This document shows, in pieces, positions 11,384-22,026 of a DNA stretch of 36,623 nt; the first letter of the stretch is position 1, and each line of letters begins with the position of its first letter. This stretch comes from Nemertoderma westbladi. Lineage: Eukaryota > Animalia > Xenacoelomorpha. Below the pieces are notes generated by a model. It made no database searches. It worked only from the letters and a program-made list of their open reading frames with translations, and had not been told where the DNA came from. The stretch lies in the NCBI GenBank assembly GCA_032718475.1, contig JAUCBJ010000247.1, forward strand, positions 1 to 36,623, given 5' to 3'. The position numbers were made by a program, and so were the translations under genes.

Positions 11384-12075
11384 ACCAGTACCTACAATGC
11401 CGCAGTGATGCAGTGATGATCTCTTGGGCAAATAAACAAAATCGAGCTATAAATAGAATCTTCACGTATTTTAGGTAGGTCTAGGTCAGTAGTTGGTAGA
11501 CTATAATATAGCTGTATAGTGGATGCTTATATGATATAGTAGTCTATAGTAGGCCTAGTCTACTATATAGTAGACTACATTTCTTATTGGGTTAATAATG
11601 ATGATTACTTTGGGGTCTGACTGGCTCAGTGAGTCTCTGATGACCTTAACAACCTTAGTAGTAGTAGTCTGAATTAACCACATTTTTAACTTCATATGCC
11701 CCCGCACCCCCAGGTCCTAGTTCAGTCAGGTGCGGATGCAGGAATTTATTCCGGATCTTACATTTTTTTTTTTGGGGGGGGGGGGGGGGGGGTGGGGTGG
11801 TCGAGAATTTTACTTAATTAAATCTATCACAATCAAAATGGCAATAACTGCGGTGTAACTGGTGCAATATCGACGGAGAGACCATTTTTAAACACTTGTA
11901 GATAAATAATTAAAGCAAAAAAAATCTCGCTCATCCACTAAAGAGAATGGAGATGAATAATGACACCATATTCCAGGGCCTGGTGTATTACAATAATAAG
12001 AACTAGGCTTAGTGTTTCTATTGGTAACATTGAATAACTTTGTATTTCTATTTGTTCTGTTTTATTTCTATCTAG

Positions 12076-12901
12076 GGGCGGGTTCCGTGGCTCCCATTGT
12101 CTTGGCTATCCCCTCCCCTCCACTGACCATCCACCAGGCGGGGGCCCGGTAACCCAGCAGTACGACTGGTCCCATATAGCTAGCACCTACAGCGCCATTA
12201 TGATCCTACTTACATTGGGCGACGACCTATCGCGAGTAAATCGTAGCGCCATCAGTCGGGGTATTGCAGCACTGCAGCTCGATAATGGTTGCATCCAGCC
12301 AATGGGGGACGGAGCAGAATCCGGCGATATGCGATTCGTGTTCTGCGCATGCGCTGTTTCCTACAGCCTCGGTGAGTGGTCCCTCAACAAAGACGCTCTA
12401 ACCGACTTCATCCTCTCTAGTCTTACGTACGAAGGCGCGTTCAGCCAATCAGGGACCTGCGAATCCCACGCTGGTTCCACTTTCTGCGCGGTGGCGTCGC
12501 TCGCGCTACTAGACCGGTTGTCTTGCCTACGCGAGCGACAACGCGACCGTCTGCAGCGTTGGTTGCTGGCTCGCCAGTTGTCCGGTTTCCAGGGGCGACC
12601 GAACAAATTGGTGGACACGTGCTACTCGTTCTGGGTCGGGGCGTCCTTGGGTCTCCTCGAATCTCTCCAACTCTCCGACCCAGTGGCTAACCGATGTTTC
12701 ATTCTGTCTACGCAGGACCCGACCGTCGGCGGTTTCGGCAAGGAGTTCGACGCCGTTCCAGACCCCCTGCACACCTTCTACGGTCTGTCTGGACTCTCCC
12801 TCATCGGAGAGATGGGATTACAGACTATCTTCCCGGCTCTATGTATCTCCCATAGAGCGCACTCACATCTAGAACGATTGAAACGTTCCAATACTAGCTA
12901 G
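12076..12901 (+). CDS. PGGT1B: Geranylgeranyltransferase type-I beta subunit, exon 2
   Basis: Pyrimidine tract and TAG acceptor end at 12075. The splice restores R-GGFRGS in frame with the ORF at 12200. Motifs LGDDLSRVNR, DMRFVFCA, ESHAGSTFCA, GFQGRPNK-VDTCYSFW (Zn ligands D and C), GGFGK and DPLH (Zn ligand H). Spliced CDS is 1107 nt = 368 aa. Confidence 0.92.
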
Positions 12902-12973
12902 CAATTGTTTACTTTTTGGCCTTATAGATTTAAAGTGCCTGTGGTGCTTTCCTTATTTATAAACAATAACGTC

Positions 12974-12979
12974 AATAAA
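12974..12979 (+). promoter_or_regulatory. Candidate polyadenylation signal of PGGT1B
   Basis: AATAAA about 70 nt after the stop codon, followed by T-rich sequence. Confidence 0.45.
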
Positions 12980-13412
12980 CAAGTTATTCTAAACCGAAAC
13001 AGAGATGCCTTTAGTTTTATGATTAATTAATTAATTAATCTCTCTTTTATCCGGTATGTTCTATCTTGTGCCCAAACAAATCGAAATTCTAATTATTTTA
13101 TAATCGGGATCTCTAAGATAATCATACTAGCAACCTCTACCTTAGTGTTTTGATTGTCAGATTACAATTTTGCCACATTTTGCTAAATTTCGGGAAATTA
13201 AACAAAAATATGAATCTTTTAATAGCTTACAACCTTCCTCTAGAGGTACCGGTGCTGATCAAATTGATATTGTTTAATTTTTAAACAAAGCCGTGTGACC
13301 CCAGCCGTAACAACAATAACAAAAACAACAGCATACAAACTAACAATATTGTTCTTCTCTTCAGTAAGAACTGTGCCGAGTTCTATCTGGATTCCAATAG
13401 TCCTGGAAATCT

Positions 13413-13770
13413 GACGGGACGGGACGGGACGGGACGGGACGGGACGGGACGGGACGGGACGGGACGGGACGGGACGGGACGGGACGGGACGGGACGGGAC
13501 GGGACGGGACGGGACGGGACGGGACGGGACGGGACGGGACGGGACGGGACGGGACGGGACGGACGGACGGGACGGGACGGGACGGGACGGGACGGGACGG
13601 GACGGGACGGGACGGGACGGGACGGGACGGGACGGGACGGGACGGGACGGGACGGGACGGGACGGGACGGGACGGGACGGGACGGGACGGGACGGGACGG
13701 GACGGGACGGGACGGGACGGGACGGGACGGGACGGGGCGGGACGGGACGGGGCGGGACGGGACGGGACGG
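13413..13770. repeat. (GGGAC)n pentanucleotide array, about 71 units
   Basis: Read directly; one ACGG slip near 13560 and a few GGGGC variants. Confidence 0.97.
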
Positions 13771-13832
13771 AAATTAGTAATAAGTGCATGAAAAATACTC
13801 TCATGATTTCAAGATTGAAACTGTGTTTGGAT

Positions 13833-14029
13833 TAGTGTTTAAACGGGATCCCGATCCCAAAAAACCGGGATCCCGTCGAAACATGTAATCCCAGTTACAC
13901 CAGAACATAAATTGATTGCTTATATCGAATTAAAATCAGCAAACAATCGAGGAGCCTTATTCTTAGTTCTCACTAGATCCCGACAATGGGAATCCCGATC
14001 ACATTCCTGGAAATCCCGTTTAAACACGA
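13833..14029. mobile_element. Short hAT-like MITE remnant
   Basis: Inverted ends TAGTGTTTAAACGGGA / TCCCGTTTAAACACGA with internal GATCCCG repeats; no TSD found. Confidence 0.5.
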
Positions 14030-14630
14030 ATAAATCTGGATTCGGACGCAGCATTTGGATAATAAGTGAACTAAAATGAAGCGGGAAGTTCAGTTTCGCG
14101 TTTAATATGTCGTCATACAATACAAAACAAATACAAATTGTATTAATATTCTTAATCATAAAGCCACAATAAGTGAATCAATATGAATTCATTAAGTGTA
14201 TACTTTTACAACATGTAAAACATTAATTACATCAAACACCGTTTTTTGTCTATTATAGTACTGAAAGCATACGGCGAGGGAGGAATAGGGAGTTAGTTTT
14301 TTTATTTTATGTCACAAACTAAATTAATTGTGACAAAATATTTTTCTGATATCATTGCGTTTGTATTGATACGAATCTTGTTTATAATTGAGACGTGGTA
14401 AATAAACGATGGTGATGCTTTTAGGGCGCAGAACCACTAAATAATTGAGGAAATGTTGCACTAACGCTGTATGTGTAATTACAACACACTATTAAGAATC
14501 GAATTTAGCGTTCATATTTTAAAAGAAGATCTAAATTAACAGATTTGGATGTTAAAATCGTCATAAACAACATAGCACAAAATATTCTATCCACAGCTCT
14601 GAAGGATTAACTTTTACACGGAAGTTTCCG

Positions 14631-17600
14631 CTAACAATTCGATGTGAAGATGAATTGTTTACCTGAGAGAACGGCGGCGTCCTGCCTATTTGGTATCGGC
14701 TTGAACGCAGAGTTCTGCGAGAGAGGGAGTTGTTGCCCTTTGGCTGTGTCGACCCTGATTACTGTCTGCACGGAGGCCTTGGAAGAGGCGAGGCTCCCAG
14801 ACACACCGTAATCCCGTCCGGATGGGTAACTGCCATCGGTGGTAGACTGGTCGGAACGGTTGTCCGTTACCGAGGTCGGATGTGATTGGTTGGAATCGTC
14901 CGGTACGTAACCAATGTTCACCATCTCGTAGGAGTCGGATGACGAGTTTCTTATGTCAGTTCGGACGGTCTCGTTCCTTGTCTGCGATGAGTTTCCGTTG
15001 TAGTTGATTTTTAGCGCCGCTTTTGTGCGGCGTTTTGTTGTTCGCGGCGCCGGTGTTGCATAGATTCCGGCGCCAGAGTGCTCCGGTACGGGTTTTAGTT
15101 GCGCCGAGGTTTGTCGAGGTCCGGAAGTGTTCGTCTCTGAGTGGGAGTCGCTCGGCGGACTGACGCTCGCGCTGCGTAACTTAAACTGCTGCGTCAGATC
15201 GAGGGAGGGCGGCTGTGGTTGCATCGCGCCACCAGCGGCGTGTGGCGCCTGCCTCAGCGTGTGGTACGGGCTCTCGGCGTCCGCATACCACGGCTCCGAG
15301 TTCACCGTAACGATGCCCTCAGAGACCCCAGGCGATAGAGACACCGCTGGGGACGACGTCGCGTCGATCATTTGATGTCCGCCACTCGCCACATTGCCAC
15401 CCTGGTGGCGCACACTCTCAGTGGCGCTGCTCTGTTTGCTGCTCACCGAGTGCGGCGACTCTCGTGCCCCATTCGTCGGCTGTGGCGACGCCCGACTCCG
15501 CATGCTGATTTTGTTGAGACTGACGGTGTAGCTGTCCATATCGGACTCGCTCTCGGCCGAGCACCGATTGTCGCTCAGCTGTTTCTCGGTGGAGCGAATG
15601 CCCCGGTAGGCCTCGATCTGTTGTGTCTCGTTATCGCACGTCTGAGCCAACTCCAACGCTCGCTCGTACATCTTCAAAGACTCGTCGAGATCGCCCAGCG
15701 CCCGGTAACAGCACCCAGCCGTGCAGTAGGCCTTAGACCGCGTCAAATCCGCCTTGCGGTCATCTGTGGAGTCCAAATATGAGAGTTGCCGCTCCAAGTA
15801 TGTGATGGCGTTGTCGTAGTGAGTTAGTTTCACTTCTGCAAGGGCTACGAATCCACAAGCCTCACCCTGCAATGCCGCATCTTGCAATTCGTCCGAACAT
15901 TCCAACATCTGCGTAAATGACTTCAACGCTTGTGCGTAATCTTTCATTGCGAGATACGATTTACCCAAGTTTCCATGGCAACGACATTCCCCGGTCAGGT
16001 CGTGCAATTCTCTATGTATAACGAGTTCCTGAGAATGTAAATGATTGGCTTTCTCGTGTTTGGCCGTGTGTTGATGGACTACTCCTAGGTTGGACAGACT
16101 TATTGCCTCGAGACGCCGATTGTTGGTTTCCTTGGCGAGGTGTAGTTGTTCGTTGTAGTAACGACTCGCACTCGAGTACTCTCGCTTACAGACGTGTAAG
16201 TCCCCGAGGTTCCCCAGAGCGCGGAACTTTGCGGATCGGTGTCCCATCTTCTGGACCAGGGCCAGGTAACTTTTTTGACATTGCATAGCTTTATCGAAAT
16301 CCTCCATCTTTTTATAGGTGAGACCGAGGCTACAATAGGAGTTACCAACAGCTGGGAAATTTCTACCTTCCGCTGCCATCGATAATTCCTTAGTGTAAAA
16401 CTGAATAGCTTTTTCGAAATTATTCACAGAAAAATAAACGAATGCCATGTTATGGAAAGCCTTTTGTATCCCTTGTTTATCCCCTACAACTTCAGCTAAT
16501 TCCAAATAGTTTTGAAAATAAGGAAAGGCTTCTTCATATTCTTTCATTGAGGAGTAGAAATGCGCCAGGTTCAGTAAAGCTTTGCTTTCACTCACTTTAT
16601 CTTTTATTTCGCGTGCTATCTCTAGGTGGCGTGTGTAATGTTGTCCAGCCAGGTCCAGCATCCCCAATGATTGGTAGGCAACCGCCAGGTTGCCGTGGGT
16701 TACGCCCTCGCTCGCGCGATCCCCAGTCTCTCTGGATATCTGTAATTCCATCTTGTGGTGCTTCATGGCTTGTTCGTGTTGGCCAATGGAACTGAAGGCG
16801 ATACCAAGATTTCCGAAGGCCCTTCCCTGACCCCCTCTGTCTCCGGAATCCATCGCGATGTTTAAATGGGTTTGATGGAACTTCAACGCCGATTCGAAAT
16901 CGCCCTGCAGTTGATGCACGACGCCTAGATTTGCGCTCGCTGTTCCCTCGACCGCCTTATCTTTGAGCTTGAGAGCGACGTTGAGTTGCTGTTGGTAAAA
17001 ATCTTTAGCCTTATCCAATTCGCCTTTGTGTCGCGCGGCGTGCCCCAGACCAGCGTATGCGCGGCCCTCCATAGCTACGTCATTGAGTTTATGTGATATT
17101 TCTAGAACCTCCTGACTGTGAGTAATGGATTGGTCATAATCCCGTCGGAATTGGTAGCATGACGCGAGGTTGCAGTGAGATTTCGCTATCTCCAGCTGAT
17201 TGCCCAGGGAGAGGGCGATGTCCAGTTGTTTCTTGTGGCAGGTCAATGCGTTGTCAACCTCCTTCAGAATAAGGTAGACTGTCCCAAGGCTGCCGATCTC
17301 ACGCCCCTCCAGCAGCTTGTCGCCAGTTTTCGAGGCCAATTGCACGCAATGTTTATGTGACGCAACCGCGTTTACGTAATCCCCCATGGCTGTGTACACG
17401 TGTCCTAGGTTACACGATGATGTCATCGCTTCTTCTGTTCGGTGCAGCGCGGTCGCTATGGAGAAATTCTGGCGAAAGTGGGTGATCGCCTCCTTGTATC
17501 TCTTCTGGTGGAAGAACGCGGCTCCCAGGTTGGCATGGCAACGAGCTTCTTCCGATTTATCCCCCGAGTGTTGAGAGATTTGTAGATCTTCTTTCATGTA

Positions 17601-18323
17601 ATCTATTGCTTTCTGGTTTCGGCCGACGGCCCAACACGCAGTGGACAGACTGGAGCAGACAGAACCCCGCATCCAAACATTGTTGGAAGACATCTCCATC
17701 GCTGATTCTAGGACGGTGACGCTGTAACTATAGTAACCAGCAGCTAAAAGTTCTTGACCGATGGTCGCGCAGATGAGAAAACTCGAGGGCGAAATATCCG
17801 CAGTAGTTATCTCTTTCAAGGCTGTTTCGAAGGGGATTTTGAGCGGCGATTTGCGGGCCGTGTCAACAGTTGCGTGAAAAAGCGTCTTATTGGTTGGATC
17901 GTAGGCCAGACCCACAGACAGAGTGGCTAACGCATCTGGATACTTGCCTAACTCACGCCACACCGCTGCCTGTTGGTGGTAGGCGAGCCACCACGTGGGG
18001 CGCAGTTGGCGACACTTGGTGGCGTCGGCTAGGGCGAACTCGTGTTGTTTGTTGCTAAGGTAACATACCGATCGATTTGCTAGAATCCCCGGGTGGTCCC
18101 TATCGAGTTCTAGGCATTTTGACATGGTCGCGATCGCATCCGACATTCGGCCATTCTGATGCGCCGCGTTGGCCTGTTCCGCTAGCAGGATGAGCTGTTC
18201 GGAATGCTCTGGTGCACACGAGATCGGAGACACTGGCGTTAGTTTAACGAGTTTAGGCACTGGAGGCGCTCGTCTTTTAGCCTTAGCTAACATTTTTTGG
18301 GCTCCTCCGGAAGCAGAAGCCAT
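14631..18323 (-). CDS. TTC28: TTC28-like tetratricopeptide-repeat protein, 1230 aa, single exon, no CHAT domain
   Basis: N-terminal TPRs (ILANRS..ALADATKCRQLRPTW), the TTC28-type segment IGQELLAAG..SVTVLESAM..RGSVCSSLS, and roughly 16-17 consecutive ~40-aa TPRs (EGRAYAGLG, QGRAFGNLG, EGVTHGNLA). Ends in a ~300-aa S/P-rich tail. Uninterrupted 3693-nt ORF. Confidence 0.8.
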   Translation of the reverse strand: MASASGGAQKMLAKAKRRAPPVPKLVKLTPVSPISCAPEHSEQLILLAEQANAAHQNGRMSDAIATMSKCLELDRDHPGILANRSVCYLSNKQHEFALADATKCRQLRPTWWLAYHQQAAVWRELGKYPDALATLSVGLAYDPTNKTLFHATVDTARKSPLKIPFETALKEITTADISPSSFLICATIGQELLAAGYYSYSVTVLESAMEMSSNNVWMRGSVCSSLSTACWAVGRNQKAIDYMKEDLQISQHSGDKSEEARCHANLGAAFFHQKRYKEAITHFRQNFSIATALHRTEEAMTSSCNLGHVYTAMGDYVNAVASHKHCVQLASKTGDKLLEGREIGSLGTVYLILKEVDNALTCHKKQLDIALSLGNQLEIAKSHCNLASCYQFRRDYDQSITHSQEVLEISHKLNDVAMEGRAYAGLGHAARHKGELDKAKDFYQQQLNVALKLKDKAVEGTASANLGVVHQLQGDFESALKFHQTHLNIAMDSGDRGGQGRAFGNLGIAFSSIGQHEQAMKHHKMELQISRETGDRASEGVTHGNLAVAYQSLGMLDLAGQHYTRHLEIAREIKDKVSESKALLNLAHFYSSMKEYEEAFPYFQNYLELAEVVGDKQGIQKAFHNMAFVYFSVNNFEKAIQFYTKELSMAAEGRNFPAVGNSYCSLGLTYKKMEDFDKAMQCQKSYLALVQKMGHRSAKFRALGNLGDLHVCKREYSSASRYYNEQLHLAKETNNRRLEAISLSNLGVVHQHTAKHEKANHLHSQELVIHRELHDLTGECRCHGNLGKSYLAMKDYAQALKSFTQMLECSDELQDAALQGEACGFVALAEVKLTHYDNAITYLERQLSYLDSTDDRKADLTRSKAYCTAGCCYRALGDLDESLKMYERALELAQTCDNETQQIEAYRGIRSTEKQLSDNRCSAESESDMDSYTVSLNKISMRSRASPQPTNGARESPHSVSSKQSSATESVRHQGGNVASGGHQMIDATSSPAVSLSPGVSEGIVTVNSEPWYADAESPYHTLRQAPHAAGGAMQPQPPSLDLTQQFKLRSASVSPPSDSHSETNTSGPRQTSAQLKPVPEHSGAGIYATPAPRTTKRRTKAALKINYNGNSSQTRNETVRTDIRNSSSDSYEMVNIGYVPDDSNQSHPTSVTDNRSDQSTTDGSYPSGRDYGVSGSLASSKASVQTVIRVDTAKGQQLPLSQNSAFKPIPNRQDAAVLSGKQFIFTSNC

Positions 18324-19060
18324 GAGTAATAAAGATATAAATTGTAAATGTTTTATTTAAGTTTTAACTAATAATTTTCCAACTGTTAAGCTCTTTCAAA
18401 GTCCTGTTTAATTAACTGACGGTTTTTAAGGAATTATTTAATATTCATTGTAAAATGATACCATATTATCTATCAGTTGAAAGTATAAGTTTTCACTAAT
18501 TAAATTAAATTATTTTAGCAACGGAATTTAAATGGTTGATAATGATAACTTAAATAATATTTATTAGTTGGTATTGCAAAGCTGCTACGGTAGCGGTGGC
18601 TCTAACCGTGCGTCATTTTTTCATTTATTTTTTTGTAATTATTGGATGTTCATCTTCAACAACAACTTTTCAGTAAATAATTTAGTTAATAAACCATGAA
18701 AGTATTTTTGTTACATTATGTAAACTAATTATATATAACTATATCTATTATAGTACATATCAATACTATATCTAATATAGATAAATATAGTTCTAGATAA
18801 TTATATATAACTTATTATATATCAGCACTCTTTGGAGATATCCTCGTAACACAGAAAAGCACTTAGTAACTTTAGTAACAATAAACTTCTGGAACGCGTC
18901 GAGAATATTCTCCATTGATAATAGCCATTGTAGGCTGGCTAAGTAAGGGTGAGATTACTTACCGTACAGTTGTTACAGTAACTGATATTACTTTACTATA
19001 TTAAAAATAAAAAGGGTACGAATTTCATAAATATTCCTAAACATTACAAAAGCTAATAAG

Positions 19061-21026
19061 TCGACTTTACACCATCGACCTTACACCATCGACCTTACAC
19101 CATCGACCTTACTCCATCGACCTTACACCATCGACCTTACTCCATCGACCTTACACCATCGACCTTACACCATCGACCTTACACCATCGACCTTACACCA
19201 TCGACCTTACACCATCGACCTTACACCATCGACCTTACACCATCGACCTTACACCATCGACCTTACACCATCGACCTTACACCATCGTCCTTACACCATC
19301 GACCTTACACCATCGACCTTACACCATCGACCTTACACCATCGACCTTACACCATCGACCTTACACCATCGACCTTACACCATCGACCTTACACCATCGA
19401 CCTTACACCATCGACCTTACACCATCGACCTTACACCATCGACCTTACACCATCGACCTTACTCCATCGACCTTACACCATCGACCTTACACCATCGACC
19501 TTACACCATCGACCTTACACCATCGACCTTACACCATCGACCTTACACCATCGACCTTACACCTTCGACCTTACACCATCTACCTTACACCATCGACCTT
19601 ACACCATCGACCTTACACCATCGACCTTACACCATCGACCTTACACCGTCGACCTTACACCGTCGACCTTACACCGTCGACCTTACACCATCGACCTTAC
19701 ACCATCGACCTTACACCATCGAACTTACACCATCGACCTTACTCCATCGACCCTACACCACCGACCTTACACCATCGACCTTACACCATCGACCTTACAC
19801 CATCGACCTTACTCCATCGACCTTACACCATCGACCTTACACCATCGACCTTACACCATCGACCTTACACCATCGACCTTACACCATCGACCTTACTCCA
19901 TCGACCTTACACCATCGACCTTACACCATCGACCTTACACCATCGACCTTACACCATCGACCTTACACCATCGACCTTACACCATCGACCTTACACCATC
20001 GACCTTACACCATCGACCTTACACCATCGACCTTACACCTTCGACCTTACACCATCGACCTTACACCATCGACCTTACACCATCGACCTTACTCCATCGA
20101 CCTTACACCATCGACCTTACACCATCGACCTTACACCATCGACCTTACACCATCGACCTTACACCATCAACCTTACACCATCGACCTTACACCATCGACC
20201 TTACACCATCGACCTTACACCATCGACCTTACACCATCGACCTTACACCATCGACCTTACACCATCGACCTTACTCCATCGACCTTACACCATCGACCTT
20301 ACACCATCGACCTTACACCATCGACCTTACACCATCGACCTTACACCATCGACCTTACACCATCGACCTTACACCTTCGACCTTACACCATCTACCTTAC
20401 ACCATCGACCTTACAACATCGACCTTACACCATCGACCTTACACCATCGACCTTACACCGTCGACCTTACACCGTCGACCTTACACCGTCGACCTTACAC
20501 CATCGACCTTACACCATCGACCTTACACCATCGAACTTACACCATTGACCTTACTCCATCGACCCTACACCACCGACCTTACACCATCGACCTTACACCA
20601 CCGACCTTACACCATCGACCTTACTCCATCGACCTTACACCATCGACCTTACACCATCGACCTTACACCATCGACCTTACACCATTGACCTTACACCATC
20701 GACCTTACTCCATCGACCTTACACCATCGACCTTACACCATCGACCTTACACCATCGACCTTACACCATCGACCTTACACCATCGACCTTACACCTTCGA
20801 CCTTACACCATCGACCTTACACCATCGACCTTACACCATCGACCTTACTCCATCGACCTTACACCATCGACCTTACACCATCGACCTTACACCATCGACC
20901 TTACACCATCGACCTTACACCATCGACCTTACACCATCGACCTTACACCATCGACCTTACACCATCGACCTTACACCATCGACCTTACACCATCAACCTT
21001 ACACCATCGACCTTACACCATCGACC
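19061..21026. repeat. 14-bp tandem satellite (TTACACCATCGACC)n, about 140 units
   Basis: Read directly. A block of variant units recurs at an 812-bp (58-unit) offset. Confidence 0.97.
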
Positions 21027-21121
21027 CGTTTTAAGACCCTTCATATAGACATATTTATGTAAACCTCCCTCGCTGCGCTCCCTAAGTAGATAAATACACT
21101 CGTTAGTCATAACGTTGAAAA

Positions 21122-22026
21122 GGTGTCGTCGCGTTACTGGTAATGTCGCGTTACAGCTAATTTTTTGAGAGCGACCTTACACCACCGACCTTACACCATC
21201 GACCTTACTCCATCGACCTTACACCATCGACCTTACACCATCGACCTTACACCATCGACCTTACACCATTGACCTTACACCATCGACCTTACTCCATCGA
21301 CCTTACACCATCGACCTTACACCATCGACCTTACACCATCGACCTTACACCATCGACCTTACACCATCCCGACTGGCATGTTGGTGTAGTGAACCACCCC
21401 TTCGCGGCCGAACCATTTCTTCAACCCAACCCAACCCCCGAACCACCCCGCTGCGGCCGAACCATTCCACCCACCCCCACCGAACCACCCTTCGCGGCTG
21501 AACCATTCCAAACCACCCCACCACCGAACCAAATGCCATACGCGGGCATGACTGGCTAATTCAAGAGCTTTAGTTTTAGATATTTTTGATTTGATTAATA
21601 TAATGATAAATTCAAAGTGCAATATTTCGGCAATATACTGATATACTTTCGACCAATATACCTATGGTACTGTGTACTGTGGTACCTCAATACAGTAATA
21701 ATAATACAGTAATTAATAAATTAAGTTTTTTTAGTTAAAATGCCCCCCCCCCCCCCCCCCCCCCTGGATACTCCCATGCTGTAAAACATTATTACATTAA
21801 ATTTTTCGAACCTTTCTCATCTGTACGTAAACACCATAGAATAATATTGATAATGATTCCCTATGTAGAACCAAGACAATCAGATTAGCCGTAACGCGAC
21901 AATTAGCCGTAACGCGACTTTTTGAGTAGCCGTACCGCGACTTTCAAAGTCGCGTTACGGCTACTCTGAAAATTAGCCGTAACGCGACTTTCCGTAACGC
22001 GACATTAGCCGTACCGCCACTGCGCC
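21122..22026. mobile_element. Non-autonomous TIR element (about 905 bp) with TSD; Merlin- or MULE-like
   Basis: GG...CC ends with inverted GTCGCGTTAC subterminal repeats. Direct repeat GTTGAAAA at 21114-21121 and 22027-22034, which extends to 10 bp (CGTTGAAAAG) if each end is moved in by one base. Confidence 0.75.
21172..21368. repeat. Second 14-bp array (about 14 units) inside the TIR element
   Basis: Same unit and same order of variants as about 20588-20784. Confidence 0.9.

Noticed and set aside
11762-11800. Poly-T/poly-G run (and the poly-C run at about 21743-21764)
   Set aside because: Simple homopolymers whose lengths are unreliable in assemblies; no further structure.
13361-13804. 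147-aa (PSRPV)n ORF
   Set aside because: It is only the translation of the (GGGAC)n microsatellite.
14631-14645. C-terminal Cys of the TPR protein as a prenylation site linking it functionally to neighbouring PGGT1B
   Set aside because: It ends FTSNC with Cys as the last residue, which is not a CaaX, CC or CXC motif; adjacency alone is not evidence.
15127-18360. Short antisense and alternate-frame ORFs over the TTC28-like gene
   Set aside because: Shadow ORFs of a GC-richer coding region with no recognisable motifs.
20685-21622. HHRPYTIDLTPSTL-repeat ORFs and overlapping short ORFs
   Set aside because: By-products of the stop-free 14-bp satellite and adjacent CCGAACCA repeats; they start at non-ATG variant codons or lack domain signal.
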